From: Octopus vulgaris
Taxonomy: Eukaryota
Assembly: GCA_951406725.2 (NCBI GenBank)
Contig: OX597828.1
Span: forward strand, 34,658,001 to 34,722,000
Length of the DNA: 64,000 bases
Reading direction: 5' to 3'
Shown here piece by piece: positions 1-13,258 of the stretch. Each line of letters opens with the position of its first letter. The stretch's first letter is position 1. The position numbers were made by a program, and so were the translations under genes. Under the pieces are notes generated by a model. The model saw only the letters and a list, made by a program, of their open reading frames with translations, did not search any database and was not told the origin of the DNA.

Positions 1-206
1 GGCCAAAGATTGAAATTATTATTATCGTTGTTGTTATTACATTTGAGAAAGTGCAGAGGATTTCAGAAGAATAGTAGTTTGTTTACAGGCAAACACAAAA
101 ACGTACACACATACGCATACACGAGTACACATACACACACACACACACACACACAAAACATACACATAGATTCGAACATAAGTTGAAAGCAGTCTTATAG
201 GCCACT

Positions 207-278
<72 letters not shown>

Positions 279-1388
279 AACACTGGAGGTGATAAATATA
301 AAAATTCTGTGAAATGTATTTATGTTGTCTGTTCGTTTATTGGTAAAGGTTATAAGGCAAATATTTCTTTCCTCACTGCCTCCCCCCCCCCAACCGACCA
401 AGTCTACAAGTGGAAGTGAAAGTGAAAGTAATACGAATATTTCGGAGATAAGTTGTAAGTTGTGGGGATGATAAAGATAGAAGAAGGAGAAGATGAAGAA
501 GAAGAAAGCTAAGAATAATTGTTTTCGCAGCCGTTAGACATAAATATATTGTGACATTGCAATTAGTCTTTTGTGACTTTCGGAATTCTGCGTTTTGGGT
601 TGTTTTACGATTGCAGAAATCGATTGTGTTTGCCTCCTAAACAGAACGGACAGAAATTCTTCTGATGATAAGAGAAATATATTTATTCTTGCCGAAAATA
701 ATTTTAGCAAATTCCTAGCTGGATGATGAAAATGACCGAAATCAAAAGAAAGAAAGAAAAAAAGTAAATAAGAACTGCTGCAAGTTATAAAATTTGTAAC
801 GTTTGTTACTACTATACGTTCAAGACCTGTCAATCTTATCATATTAGTAATATAGTTTAATAATTATAATTAAGTTTTTGTATAAAGAACCAAATTTTGT
901 ACTAACTTAATAACTTATTTTATTAACCTTTCTGACGAAAAATCTCTCTTCTTGCTCACATCTTGATGAAATTTATAAGCCACCGTTTTTATAGTAGCGA
1001 TAGTACCGTGTATTCTTAATATCTATATATTTCTTAACTCTTTAAATACTCAAATTTATAGACCGTGTTTTTGTAATGGAGAAAATAGTGACCTCTCTCG
1101 TCGTTTCGATGAATGAAATCTCAGCACAACATAGCTGAAACGACAATCACCCAAAGGTCGCCTGTGTGCAAGGTCAAAGCTGAAGACCTCCGGTAAGATC
1201 CTCTACTTAACCCCGTCACCTCCTTCCCTCCCATCACTGGATTAATGAAGAAAGTGTTATGATGTTGATGATAATGTTTTGTTTTACCAGCACGACGAAT
1301 AGAATTATAGTAGGCATGGTCATCTTAAAATCTGAAAAACCTCATCTGCCCTGGGTCCGGTGGCGTGCTAAAATGATGTTTTTATATA

Positions 1389-2203
1389 TTGGGCTGCCAA
1401 CAAAGTTGCCGGCCGGTTTTTTTTAAATGTTAGAATTTATTTCGTTTTAAAATTTTGGAATCTATTTTTTTTTTCGAGAATTCTATTTTTGAATCATTTT
1501 GGAATCTTTTTCTTTTCTATTTAATTTTAGTTAATTTTTGTTTATTTTCAGATCATTAAAATGGAATGTCAAGTTAAGAAAAACGAGCATTTTCGACACA
1601 TTCTCTTTGCTTTTAATCAAGGTTCTAAGGCCGCAAAAGCTGCTCGCGACATTTGTGCTGAGTATGGAGAGGGTGCCATAGCTGAAAGAACCGCTAGTTC
1701 AAAAATGGAAATTTTGACTTCAAAGACGCACCTCGTTCTGGCCGTCCAGTTGAGTTCGATGAAGAACGATTAAACCATCTTTAGCACAAAAGTTCTTGTC
1801 AAACGACAAGGAAACTGGCAGAGAAATTGGAATGCTCCCACATTGCTATAGAGAAGCATCTTCACTAGATGAGAAATGTTCAGCAGTATGGAGCATGGGT
1901 TCCGCACGCTTTAAGTGACAACAACAAAAATCAACGAGCCACAATCTCCGCTGGTTTGCTTGCTCGTCACCGTTCAACTCATAGAAACAAGCAACGATTT
2001 CTTTACCGAATCTTTATTGGTGACGAAAATTGGTGCCTGTACAACAATAAGAAGCAGCGTAAGGAATGGCTTAGCCCCGGTAAACAAGCGACACTGCGCG
2101 TGAAACAAGATCTTCATCCGCTTAAGAAGATGCTGTGCGTATGGTGGGACTGGGAAGGGATTATCCATTGCGAATTGCTTGAACAGAACCAAACGGCAAC
2201 TGT
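1389..2203 (+). mobile_element. Mariner (Tc1/mariner) DNA transposon, 5' half, truncated
   Basis: TA followed by a mariner-type TIR (ttgggctgccaacaaagttgccggccggttt) at about 1387-1420, then a transposase pseudogene. No right TIR; the element ends where a SINE fragment begins. Confidence 0.9.
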
Positions 2204-2206
2204 GTA
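1561..2206 (+). pseudogene. Mariner transposase pseudogene (frameshifted, C-terminally truncated)
   Basis: ORF 1561-1773 has an N-terminal HTH (HFRHILFAFNQGSKAAKAARDICAEYGEGAI). ORF 1869-2207 has the WVPHAL motif, GDENW (first catalytic D), LHPLKKMLCVWWD and GIIHCELL. The second and third catalytic D are missing. Confidence 0.92.
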
Positions 2207-2585
2207 GAAGCCCGTCGTATGTGTGTAAGCGTTTGTATGTGTGTGTGTGTATTCATATAACGCAACACACTCCTTATTTTTTACCTATATATATCTACAC
2301 ACACACAGACACACACATGCGTACATATATACATACATATATGCATGCATATATACATACGTGTATGTGTGTATAGATATATGTATTTGTGTCTATGTTT
2401 GTCCTCTCCAACGCTTGACAACCGACGTCAGTTTGCATATACTCCCGTAACTTAGCAGTTCGGCAAAAGTAACAGCTTAAATAAGTACTAGACTTGAATA
2501 AGCACCGAACCGTTCGAGTAAACTGTGAAAGGTGCTGCCCCACAGCACGGCCGCATTCCAATTATCGAAACCAGCAAAGGATAAA
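2196..2585 (+). mobile_element. SINE family B, degenerate 3' half with internal (TG)/(TA) tract
   Basis: Matches the full copies at 24762 and 42620 (gaagcccgtcgtat...cttgacaaccga...cttagcagttcggcaaaa...ataagtact...gctgccccacagcacggccgca). Confidence 0.8.
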
Positions 2586-3193
2586 AAAAAAATAAAAGGC
2601 AAAGTCGAACTCAATGGGGATATTTCTCCTGAATGTAAATACTTTAAGGCTTTTAGACAGGATCCCTGTCGCCTGTAAGACCCCCTAGATTAATTAAAGT
2701 ATTTATATTTAGCAAGGTATTGTATTTAATTATTGTATTGCTTAAATTATGATTTACGACCAGAAGAATCCGGCCATGCTTGGATTTCTTTCCCGTCTTT
2801 CTTCCCTTCTTTTCTTCAATCCTTTTTCCTTTCTTTCTTTCTTTCTTTCGTTATTTATTTACGCCTAAAATAAACACAATTACACGAAATTCACTGTATT
2901 TCGGATCAATTGCATTTGAAAGCTGTTAATACTCAGTCGGTGCGGTAAATTTCTGCAGATACACACGCGCACACACACATAACCACACAACCATACACCC
3001 ACGCAGACCCCTACTTACACACATGTATGTGTAGTGTGTACGTATATATGTGTTTGTATATTTACACATGTATGTGTAGTGTGTACGTATATATGTGTTT
3101 GTATATTTACACATGTATATAAATATATGCAATATACACACACACACATATATACATATACAAATATATACATACACACACACACACATACAC

Positions 3194-3237
<44 letters not shown>

Positions 3238-3742
3238 GTACATATGTATGTATGTATCACGCAGACAAGCACACATATATTCACATACATATACACACAC
3301 ATACAAACATACCTATACATACACTTTTATATATTAAGATTAGAACGAAGGTGGGAGAAAGTGAACGAGGAATACGATGAGGAATAATACAAACGCGGAT
3401 TGGGAATAAAGGAAGAAGAGGAGTGGTAGGGGAGATAATCAAAAGTAGACGTCGATAGCATGCTCCATTGCGGGTTTCCTTAACTGGATAGGTCGATGTG
3501 GTTGATATTCAATAAATGCGAAAACTTTTAAGTAATAAAACAAGCTTTTTTTTTTTTTTTTATTTTCTGCATCTTTTCCCAGATCTCTATAGCTTCGGAA
3601 AGATTTCTGACTGGACGAACCCTACCGTCTCCAGAAAGATAGATACTGGATGCTTTTGTGTGTGTGCCATATTATAATTAAAATTTGTCTTATAATAATA
3701 ACGATGGTGATAATAATAATAATAATAACGATATTAACAATA

Positions 3743-3792
<50 letters not shown>

Positions 3793-4217
3793 AACAATAA
3801 CAACAATCAGTGACTTCGTATAATCCCGTTTTTCAGAATGTTCAATTGGGATAGAAACACGTTCTCGTTTCTCTTCTTTAATCCTTTACTGAATTTATTT
3901 ATTCCATTAAAAGCCTTAATTTATGTTCTGTCTTATAATCTGATCGGATATCTTCTTTCTAACCATTGCTGAGAAATCAGGCACTGATTCTTCCCGGAAT
4001 CCGATTGCTGTCTTCCCGCTTGATAAATTAGTCTGATTAAAGAAATGGGTATTTTTTTTTTTGTTTTTTACTTTTATTTCATAGATTATTTTATTTTTAT
4101 TTTTAAATTTCTTTCTTTCATTGCGATACAGAAAATTAAATGAAAAAGATGAAGTCCCCATCCTTTTCGTAATCAACATTCTTGTTTGCAGACAAGTTGT
4201 TGCTTTTGTAGTTGTTA

Positions 4218-4251
<34 letters not shown>

Positions 4252-5504
4252 GCTGCTGCTGTTGTAGCTATTTTAAATAAGGCATTTACCTTTTTATTTT
4301 TTTTTCATTTAAATCCAATCAACAACTTAAATATTTGACAGCACTCTGCGATCTTTGATTTCTTTCTTTCTCAGCAGTTACAATGTGTAGCGCAGAGATA
4401 ACGTTTCGTAACTAGGGAAGATTTTATGCTCTCTTGTAATCCTTGCTTTAGTCGCATTTCTTCTCCGTGCAATTTTTCCTGGGGTTTTAAACTCTCTCCT
4501 TTTACTCTCACCTCTCTCTGTCACATACATACACACACGCACCTCTTTCGTGAATTCCTACACTATCTCTTCTACAGTCAAAAACATATTCAGATATACA
4601 ATGAAACACAAATTTATATAGACACATTGACTGTCTTCACTCTCATTCTCACTTTCAGTTTTGTATTTCCTTCCTCTCCTTCTCCACCCTCTGATGCATC
4701 TATACTTTATTACACATGCCTGCTTTCACTATATTCGACTTCCAATATTTTCAATCTCACCATTAGGGATCTATCCCTATTTTCTAATCACTCAAACTAG
4801 AGAGGTAATCTTCTCTTCATTTCTTACGCATCGTAGTCTTTATAACGTTTACTATGCCTCCGCAGGCGTTCACTCGTGTTGCGTTGTGTTGCGATGTTGC
4901 AATTTTGCAATGCATTATATTGCTTTGTTTCCTTGGGAAAGACACTTAGCTATAATTGTTTAAGTTTTCCTACCTGTGTAGGAAATACCATGGCAACATA
5001 AGATTCGTATGCTCAACTTGGTCACAGATCTCACACATTATAATAGTGAGAATGTGATGTGAAGACTGCTAAAATCATTCGTGAACAAGTGTGAAGAGAT
5101 ATTAATTCTATTCAACAATGTTGCGTGACATATCCATTCTGACAAACCCGGCTCGCCAGTTTCTCATCTTTTCGTCACCCGTGTTGTAATCGTCGAAATC
5201 TCACACTTTGCAATAATCACTATGTCAAATCCTTCAGCTTAGCTAGTGGGGGTGCCCCCTGAAAATGCTTATATAGGAGGGTTACTTTTTGATCTGCTCT
5301 ATAAGCCTATTTAGGTGCCGATGCGGGGTGAGGTGGGGCAAACACAATGGCTGCCCCAGTCGATACGCATTCTAGCGATACGCATTCCTAGAATGATGAC
5401 ATTTTGGAATTTTCCCTCTGTCCATATTTACGTTCAAGAAAGACATCAACTGGGTCCTTCTATTCTCTTTTTACTCGGAGGACTTGCTTGGAGGAAAACC
5501 ATAC

Positions 5505-5713
5505 TCTTTTTTTACTCTTTTTACTTGTTTCAGTCATTTGACTGCGACCATGCTGGAGCACCGCCTGTAGTCGAGCAACTCGACCCCGGGACTTATTCTT
5601 TGTAAGCCCAGTACTTATTTTATCGGTCTCTTTTGCCGAACCGCTAAGTGATGGGGACGTAAACACACCAGCATCGGTTGTCAAGCAATGCTAGGGGGAC
5701 AAACACACATACA
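5505..5713 (-). mobile_element. SINE family B, 3' half
   Basis: Near-identical to 30561-30760. Confidence 0.9.
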
Positions 5714-5728
5714 CATGGGTACATTCTT

Positions 5729-6137
5729 ATTTCTTTATTCCCCACTAGGGGCTAAACATAGAGGGGACAAACAAGGACAGACAAAGGGATTAAGTCAATT
5801 ACATCGACCCCAATGCGTAACTGGTACTTAATTTATCGACCCCGAAAGGATGAAAGGCAAAGTCGACCTCGGCGGAATTTGAACGTAACGGCAGACGAAA
5901 TACCTATTTCTTTATTACCCACAAGGAGCTAAACACAGAGAGGACAAACAAGGACAGACAAACGGATTAAGTCGATTATATCGACCCCAATGCGTAACTG
6001 GCACTTATTTTATCGACCCTGAAAGGATGAAAGGCAAAGTCGACCTCGGCGGAATTTGAACTCAGAACGTAGCGGCAGACGAAATACCGCTAAGCATTTC
6101 GCCCGGTGTGCTAACGTTTCTGCCAGCTCGCCGCCTT
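5729..6137 (-). mobile_element. SINE family A, tandem dimer with 15-bp TSD
   Basis: tRNA-like head (A box ctggcagaaacgttag, B box gagttcaaattcc), central gcctttcatcctttcggggtcgataaa domain (resembles the Meta/MESC SINE domain) and LINE-like tail. TSD catgggtacattctt at 5714-5728 and 6138-6152. Dimer junction at about 5903. Confidence 0.92.
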
Positions 6138-6861
6138 CATGGGTACATTCTTCCAGACAAAGCCAGTAAACAAACAACTACAACAACAAAACAAAGACGT
6201 TAAAAACCATATGAAATTTTCTAGCCATCTTAGGAGTACCGATGAAAGAAAAAACATAGTTTGTAGTTAATCTACATAAACTGCAAACATGTCACAGATG
6301 TTAAGGTGATTAATAATTATTCGCTAAAGAAAACTCATTCATATTATTAACAACACAGATAAAGTGGACAAAGAAGAATAATTGAACGCGAAATAAACAA
6401 ACAGCTAAAATCGCTTAATTAAATTTCTTAATTAATTAGATATGGAGGGTAAGGTTGTCTTCATGCTCTTCCAAGATCCTCCCATTCTTGTTGGACTGGT
6501 ATCGATGGTGATTTTCTTTATATCTTTCTTTTCCTTTTTTGACATACAACATCGATTTTCTGGAACATTTGTTCCAAAACATTTCCGGATTTCTGATTTT
6601 TTCAAACTAAGGGAGATCACTTTTGTCAACACACTCGTGATAAGGAAAATATCAAATTTACTTGAATTATTAAAAGAAATACACCAAGGTACATAATCAA
6701 ATTCGTGCGCAATATAAGATATTCCGGATCATCAGTGCCTGGAAAGTCGGTGTTGTATTGTATATACGAGTATAGACACAGGCGTGGCCATGTGCTAAGA
6801 AACTTACTTCGCAGCCTTATGGTTCCGGGTTCGATTCCAAATAGTGATCTGAACAACAACA

Positions 6862-7160
<299 letters not shown>

Positions 7161-7301
7161 TATATATATAGAATGGTTGTATACTGTCAATCTAACAAGA
7201 ACGTGACAGTAGGGGGTACATCACCGCTGTATAGCCCTAGGAAGCATCTATCGCCCCACCACCGTACATGTCTCTACGAGAGATTTAGAAATTCAATATG
7301 T

Positions 7302-7342
<41 letters not shown>

Positions 7343-7345
7343 ATA

Positions 7346-7377
<32 letters not shown>

Positions 7378-7385
7378 CGTATATA

Positions 7386-7437
<52 letters not shown>

Positions 7438-7438
<1 letters not shown>

Positions 7439-7950
7439 ACTAACAATATAGGATGAAGTCCCTTTCTCTACAGAAAAGGATTCCATCAAAAAGCGTGGCA
7501 GTATATTAAAAAAACCTTTACGGTTGATGGAATCCTTTTCTGTAGAGAAAGGGACTTCATCCTATATTGTTAGTAGTAAACTCACTGCTCGTTATAAGGG
7601 GAGCGGTAACCATTACAATATGTAGCGGCGACAGGTCAAACACGTTGTTCTGAGACTGACCAAGGAATTTTTATTTTTAGATATAAATGATGTACTTAAA
7701 TGTAGTTATGTTTTTAGCTTCTGCTTTTTCCATAATCGAAAGTGAGTATTTTATTTATATTCCCTCGTAAGCTCTACTGACGAAGAATATATCCTTTATG
7801 GGATTAATTCCGAAATTGATTCAATATAGAGATAACGAAATTTAAATTTTCTAAAGGTTAGTTGCCCGCTTTCAGTTCAATTTTCCTGTAACAAGTTGAT
7901 TATAAGTGGATAAATCAGTGTATTGGCTTTAGAATAACTTTCTTTAGCCC

Positions 7951-7955
<5 letters not shown>
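7438..7955 (+). mobile_element. Penelope-like insert in (TA)n with inverted end and hammerhead
   Basis: Perfect 52-bp inverted repeat (7438-7489 / 7524-7575), hammerhead at 7772-7831, (TA)n on both sides. Confidence 0.7.
7772..7831 (+). ncRNA. Type I hammerhead ribozyme with complete core
   Basis: ctcta-CTGACGA-agaatatatcc(tttatg)ggattaattcc-GAA-attga-t-tcaat-A-tagag. Stem I is ctcta/tagag, stem II is gaat..atcc/ggat..attc, stem III is attga/tcaat, and the cleavage triplet is AUA. Confidence 0.82.
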
Positions 7956-8023
<68 letters not shown>

Positions 8024-8677
8024 TACACACACACACTCATATATATATATACGGCAAGAAGAAAATGGAGGGGGTCCAGAGGTAGTATGCATCAACTGTT
8101 AGATATTATATTATGTCTATTTATTTATTTTAAACAATTATGAAAATATATATACATATGTAAAGATTGTGTATTACATACATAAGTACCGAATAGAAAA
8201 AGAAGAACAGTTTCTTACAGCCGTTTCACTTGTGTATTAATAATTAGGTATATTGCCAGCAGTATATTGGATAGATACTATCCCTTAGTTGGTTGGATTC
8301 ACAACCTCTAACCATCTTTGAAATATAATATAATATAATATAATATATATATATATATATAAACTATGAGGCCGATTAACAAGACGTGGCTGTTTCAGAA
8401 CTTCAATAACAAAGAAACCAAGCTCTGTATCTTTCCACTCACCATGGTGAGTCCGATGATTGTTAATTTACCTTTCCTCATTTTGAGGGCTCTTCAACAT
8501 GAAACCATATGCTAATAAGCTGGCTCTTATAAGACTCTACTTATATTATTATATAAATGATATACCCACTCTGTTACCTAACATATCAATGACTATTTAA
8601 TTTTTTACTTGAACAACTATTATACACACACACAAAAACACACACATACATATATGTATATATATATATATATATAT

Positions 8678-8732
<55 letters not shown>

Positions 8733-9361
8733 GTACGTATGTATATGTATATAGGTATATGTATATATCATATATATATTTATACGTACATACACACATA
8801 TATATGTGTGTGTATCGTGTGTGCGCGTGCGCGTGTGTAGTCAAACAATCTTAACATCTAAGAGATTTCTTTGCTTCTAATTAATCCAACTGTTTGTTTG
8901 TATTATTCGGAGAACAACGGGCTGTTTTCTTCATTCTCTCACACTTACATCCCGTTTCACTTGTGTTGTCTAAGATACAGTTTAATGCATTGAGAGAGAC
9001 ACTTAAATATCAATATATCATATATCAATAGCCAATAAGATGGAGCCATTTGTTTACTGCTTTCAGTCTTGGCAATTAGAACCCCCAGTCAAAAGGAAAT
9101 CGATTTTACAGTGACTTTTGTTTTCTGGTTTTGCGGTGTCTTTTGCACTGGAAGAAATTTATAAAAGCAGAGGGGAAAAAGAAAAAGAAAAAAAAGTTTT
9201 AAAAGAAGAGAAAAATATTAGAATTCCGAAATGATAGCTAAATGGGTGTATGGTAAAGATGTTCCCTTCGCAACCACGTAGTTTTATGTTCCATCTCACT
9301 GCGTGCCACCTCTTTTACCACAGCCCCGGGTCGGCCAGTTACCCCACCACATATATATATA

Positions 9362-9430
<69 letters not shown>

Positions 9431-9439
9431 TATATATAT

Positions 9440-9705
9440 AATAAAATATTAGGGAAGAAATCCAAACTTACAGGGAAAAATCAGATTTAGGATTGAATCC
9501 AATGTTATAGTAAAATATTATATTATATTAAATTAGAGATAAAACCACTATTAGGCAAATCATACAATGAAAAACTTAAGCCAATACATAAGATTAATTA
9601 ATTTATATTATTTTAAATATATATCAAAATTATTAAAAAAAGATAATTTTTTAATAATTTTGATATATATTTAAAATGCCTAATAGTGGTTTTATCTCTA
9701 ATTTA

Positions 9706-9712
<7 letters not shown>
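9440..9712. mobile_element. Foldback insert in (TA)n, probably a Penelope-like remnant
   Basis: Nested inverted repeats: 9522-9557 / 9677-9712 and 9611-9640 / 9647-9676. Flanked by (TA)n. Confidence 0.55.
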
Positions 9713-9754
<42 letters not shown>

Positions 9755-9759
<5 letters not shown>

Positions 9760-10060
9760 ATGGACTCTGCCTCCGTTAGACGGTGTGTGAAGGTTCGACA
9801 ATTTCTTACCAAGCAACCACACAAATGACTTGTTTATAATGATCGAATGTTTGTGTAGACATAGGCTTACTCCCTCTATCATATCGGCATTACCTGTACA
9901 GGCGCAACGGGTGCCACATGTCAGATGAGAAAATGATCGCAAAGCAACATGAAATGAATTGCTTTGCTCAAGAACACAACGCAACGTCCGGTCTGAAAAT
10001 CGAACCCACGATTTCGTAATCGTGAGAGCAACACCTTAACGACTTAGCCATGTGCTTTCA
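9755..10060 (-). mobile_element. tRNA-derived SINE (family D-like), degenerate
   Basis: Minus-strand head tggctaagtcgttaagg...gggttcgattttc, followed by gcgttgtgttcttgagcaa as in the copy at 42150-42423. Confidence 0.7.
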
Positions 10061-10073
10061 TATAACACACACG

Positions 10074-10114
<41 letters not shown>

Positions 10115-10169
10115 TCGTTTAGTGCTGAGTATCGAAAAGAATACTCACTACCACAGTGAGTACAGTTCT

Positions 10170-11012
10170 TTGTACTTTGTATTTTTGTTTGTCCTTCACC
10201 GCTCGACAACTGCCGTTGGCTTATTTGCGCCCCTGTAAAATAGCGGTTCGGCAAAAGATATTGATAAAGTACCAGGCATTATATACTACTCGGCGTAGAT
10301 TTGGGCCGTCATTGGCCTAGACTGTGGTCCACTATATTCTAATGACTGGTGCACCACTCTACAAGTCGGTGCTCCAACGTGGCCGCAGGCTAATGATTGC
10401 AACAAATAAAAGAGTAACTCAAAGACATGGCAGAATTGTTAGCACGCTGGGCGAAATGCTTAGCGGTATGTCGCTATGTTCTGAGTTCAACTCCCGCCGA
10501 GGACGATTTTACTCTTCACCCTTTCGGGATTGATAAATTAAGTACCAGTTGAACACTGGAGTCGATGTAATCGACTCATCCCAAGCTGCCCTTATAGCAA
10601 AAGTTTGAAATAATAATTATTATTGATATAACATCTCGCTATACTTGACTCATCAGAGCTTTGATCAAAAGCGTTCGGGCCTCGAGAATACCGCTTTTAT
10701 TTTATGCTTAAGACATCGTGGATGAATTTCGAACGTCATTTACTAATGTGCCTCTTCAGTGTTTTTATTTTTTGACGTACAGTAAGGTTTGAGGGATATT
10801 TGACCACTGTTTCTTGTAAGTCGAGCAACCACATAGAGGTGCTCATGTCGTTGCTGGTATTAATGTTATTGTTAAGGCAGCGAGCTGGCAGAATCGTTTG
10901 CAGCAGAGCAAGATGCTTAGCTGCATTTGGTCTGCCGCTACGTTCTGAGTTCAAATTCCGCTGAGGTCGACTTTGCCTTTCATCCTTCCGGGGCCGATAA
11001 AATAAGTACCAC
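10170..11012 (+). mobile_element. Cluster of degenerate SINEs (B 3' half 10170-10415; A 10425-10620; A 10875-11012)
   Basis: Homology to intact copies elsewhere in the window. Confidence 0.8.
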
Positions 11013-11034
11013 TTAAGCACGGTGATCAATATTA

Positions 11035-11716
11035 GTGGAGGTGGTAGTGATGGTGGTGGTGGTGGTGGTGGTGGTGTGGTTGATGGGAGTAGCGGTGTTG
11101 GTTATGATGTAGCGATTTTGATGTCGGTGCTTGTAGTGATGGTCATGTGGTAGTGGTTTGGGCGATAGTAAGAGCAGGGATGATAGTGGTGGAGGTTGCT
11201 TTGGTAACAGTGATAGTGGTGGTAGTGGTAGTGGTGGTGGTTGTGGTAGTAGTAGCTGTAGTTCTGTGGTGGTGCTCGTATTCAAGATTGTAGTGGTATT
11301 AATGACATCAGAATAACAGGATAACATCGAAGTAAAGTTGTTGTTTTTGTTGTTGTTGTTGTTGGTGGTGGTGTTGTTGTTGTTAGTGGTGGTGGTAGTG
11401 GTGGTGGTGATAGTGGTGGTAGTAGTGGTGGTGGTGGTGGTTCGGGAACGTGAACGAGCTGGGAAATCCAAACTGAGGTATAGGAATGTCCTACGGGATT
11501 CTAAGAAAGGAGACACAATACATGTGTGGTGGTGGTGGTGGTGGTGGTGGTGGTGGTGGTGGTGGTGGTGGTGGTGGTGTTGTTGGTGTTGGTGGTGGTG
11601 GTGGTGCTGGTGGTGGTGTTGTTGTTGGTGGTGGTGGTGTTGTTGTTGGTGGTGGTGGTGGTGGTGGTGGTGGTGGTGGTGGTGGTGGTGGTGGTGGTGG
11701 TGGTGGTGGTGGTGGT

Positions 11717-11747
<31 letters not shown>

Positions 11748-11765
11748 GCGGCGGCGGTGTTGGTG
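11035..11765. repeat. Compound (GGT)n/(GTT)n/(GGC)n microsatellite
   Basis: Direct reading; explains the poly-H, poly-W, poly-G and poly-V ORFs. Confidence 0.95.
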
Positions 11766-12223
11766 TGTGTACATTGAACGTTAAATGCTATATCGAAGAC
11801 CGTCGATCAACAAACGTAGAAAAACTCCCGGCCTCGAAGACTCGAGCTTAACATAATTAATGAGCTGTTACTAACACAGATTAAGACGTTCTTCTTCGCT
11901 TACAGCTTCCACTTGGCTCTTGGCAGAAATTCATTAACAGTTATTCCATTTTCCTTTTTTCTTATTTCTATTTGAAATTTGTTGTGACATTAAATATTTT
12001 AACATTTGTTGTTTGCTGGTAATTTTATTTTTACATACTATTGGCTGTTGTTGTTGTTGTTGTTGTTGTCACTGGTGTTCATCGTTGCGTCCTTTTCTTT
12101 CTTTCTTACTTCCTTGCTTCAATTTTTTTTCTCTTCTTCAGTGTTTTTATTTTTGTTTTTGTTTTTTTTTTGCAAGAATCCATAATGCTTCAGTTTAGAA
12201 ATCTACCCACTTCTCTCCCTCCC

Positions 12224-12266
<43 letters not shown>

Positions 12267-13225
12267 CTTTCACATTTTTTCACTCTTCCCTCAAGACATT
12301 GGGAAGCTTTAATGAGAAATGTGCTGGCTACTTTATTTAATTTAGTATAAACCAAGAAATAAATGTTAAGAATATATTGCCTGACATAAATAATACTGCT
12401 CGTTATCGCCATGGTTAAAGAAGAAAGCGAAAAAGAGAAAGAGAGAGAAAAAGAGAGGAGAGAGAGAGAGAGGTGGATGGAGGGAGATAGCAGCAGGGAT
12501 AATAAACTATCAGTGTTTAAACTAAGAGTCAATATCGATTGTTATAATCTCAAATGACCTAAAAACCTATGAATCTATCCTGCTATTCTTACAGGACTAC
12601 AGCGGATTCCGCTTCTCGATCATTCCTACGTCTATCCCGTATTTAACTTAGAAAAGAAGTAAACAAAAACAAAATGCAAACAGAAAGAACGAAGAAAAAA
12701 ATAGCTGCGAAAAGGAAAGTAACGAAAATAAAGAGCAATTGAAGAAGCAACGTTTTATTCTTGGTGTCGTCTGCCTCCATCGCTTTGTATCCAAGATTCT
12801 TTACAACACACAGAAATGGACTCCATATACAAATGGACGTGTATAGAAATTGTTGTTTAAACATTCAATGAAATGAAAACGTGTTGCGAACGACATTCTC
12901 TGATGTCCTTGTGCATTCAACATGTGCAAGTTGCGAAGATAGCGACCATGATATGATCTATGATTTTGAACTCCAGTGGTTGAATGTTGATCAAGGCATA
13001 AATATCATTTAAAATTCAATTAACGATAAATAAATGTCTTCATGACATTGCTCCAATTGCTGTTTCTGACATATTTCATAAGTGGCTCTCCCGTTTACTA
13101 ACAGTACATACATATATACATACATACATGCATACATACATACATACATACATACATACATACATACATACATACATACATACATACATACATACATACA
13201 TACATACATACATACACATACCCAT

Positions 13226-13258
<33 letters not shown>

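Noticed and set aside
5729-6137. Repeated units resembling a CRISPR-like array
   Set aside because: Eukaryotic SINE multimers; no unique spacers and no cas genes.
6200-6760. Possible transposase or RT remnant
   Set aside because: Only vague peptide fragments; no diagnostic motif I can support.
11013-11851. Long ORFs rich in His, Thr, Trp or Gly
   Set aside because: Translations of (GGT)n/(GTT)n microsatellites that are open in several frames on both strands.
12643-12864. Hydrophobic 73-aa ORF resembling a membrane peptide
   Set aside because: Hydrophobicity follows from T-rich low-complexity sequence; no homology or splice support visible.
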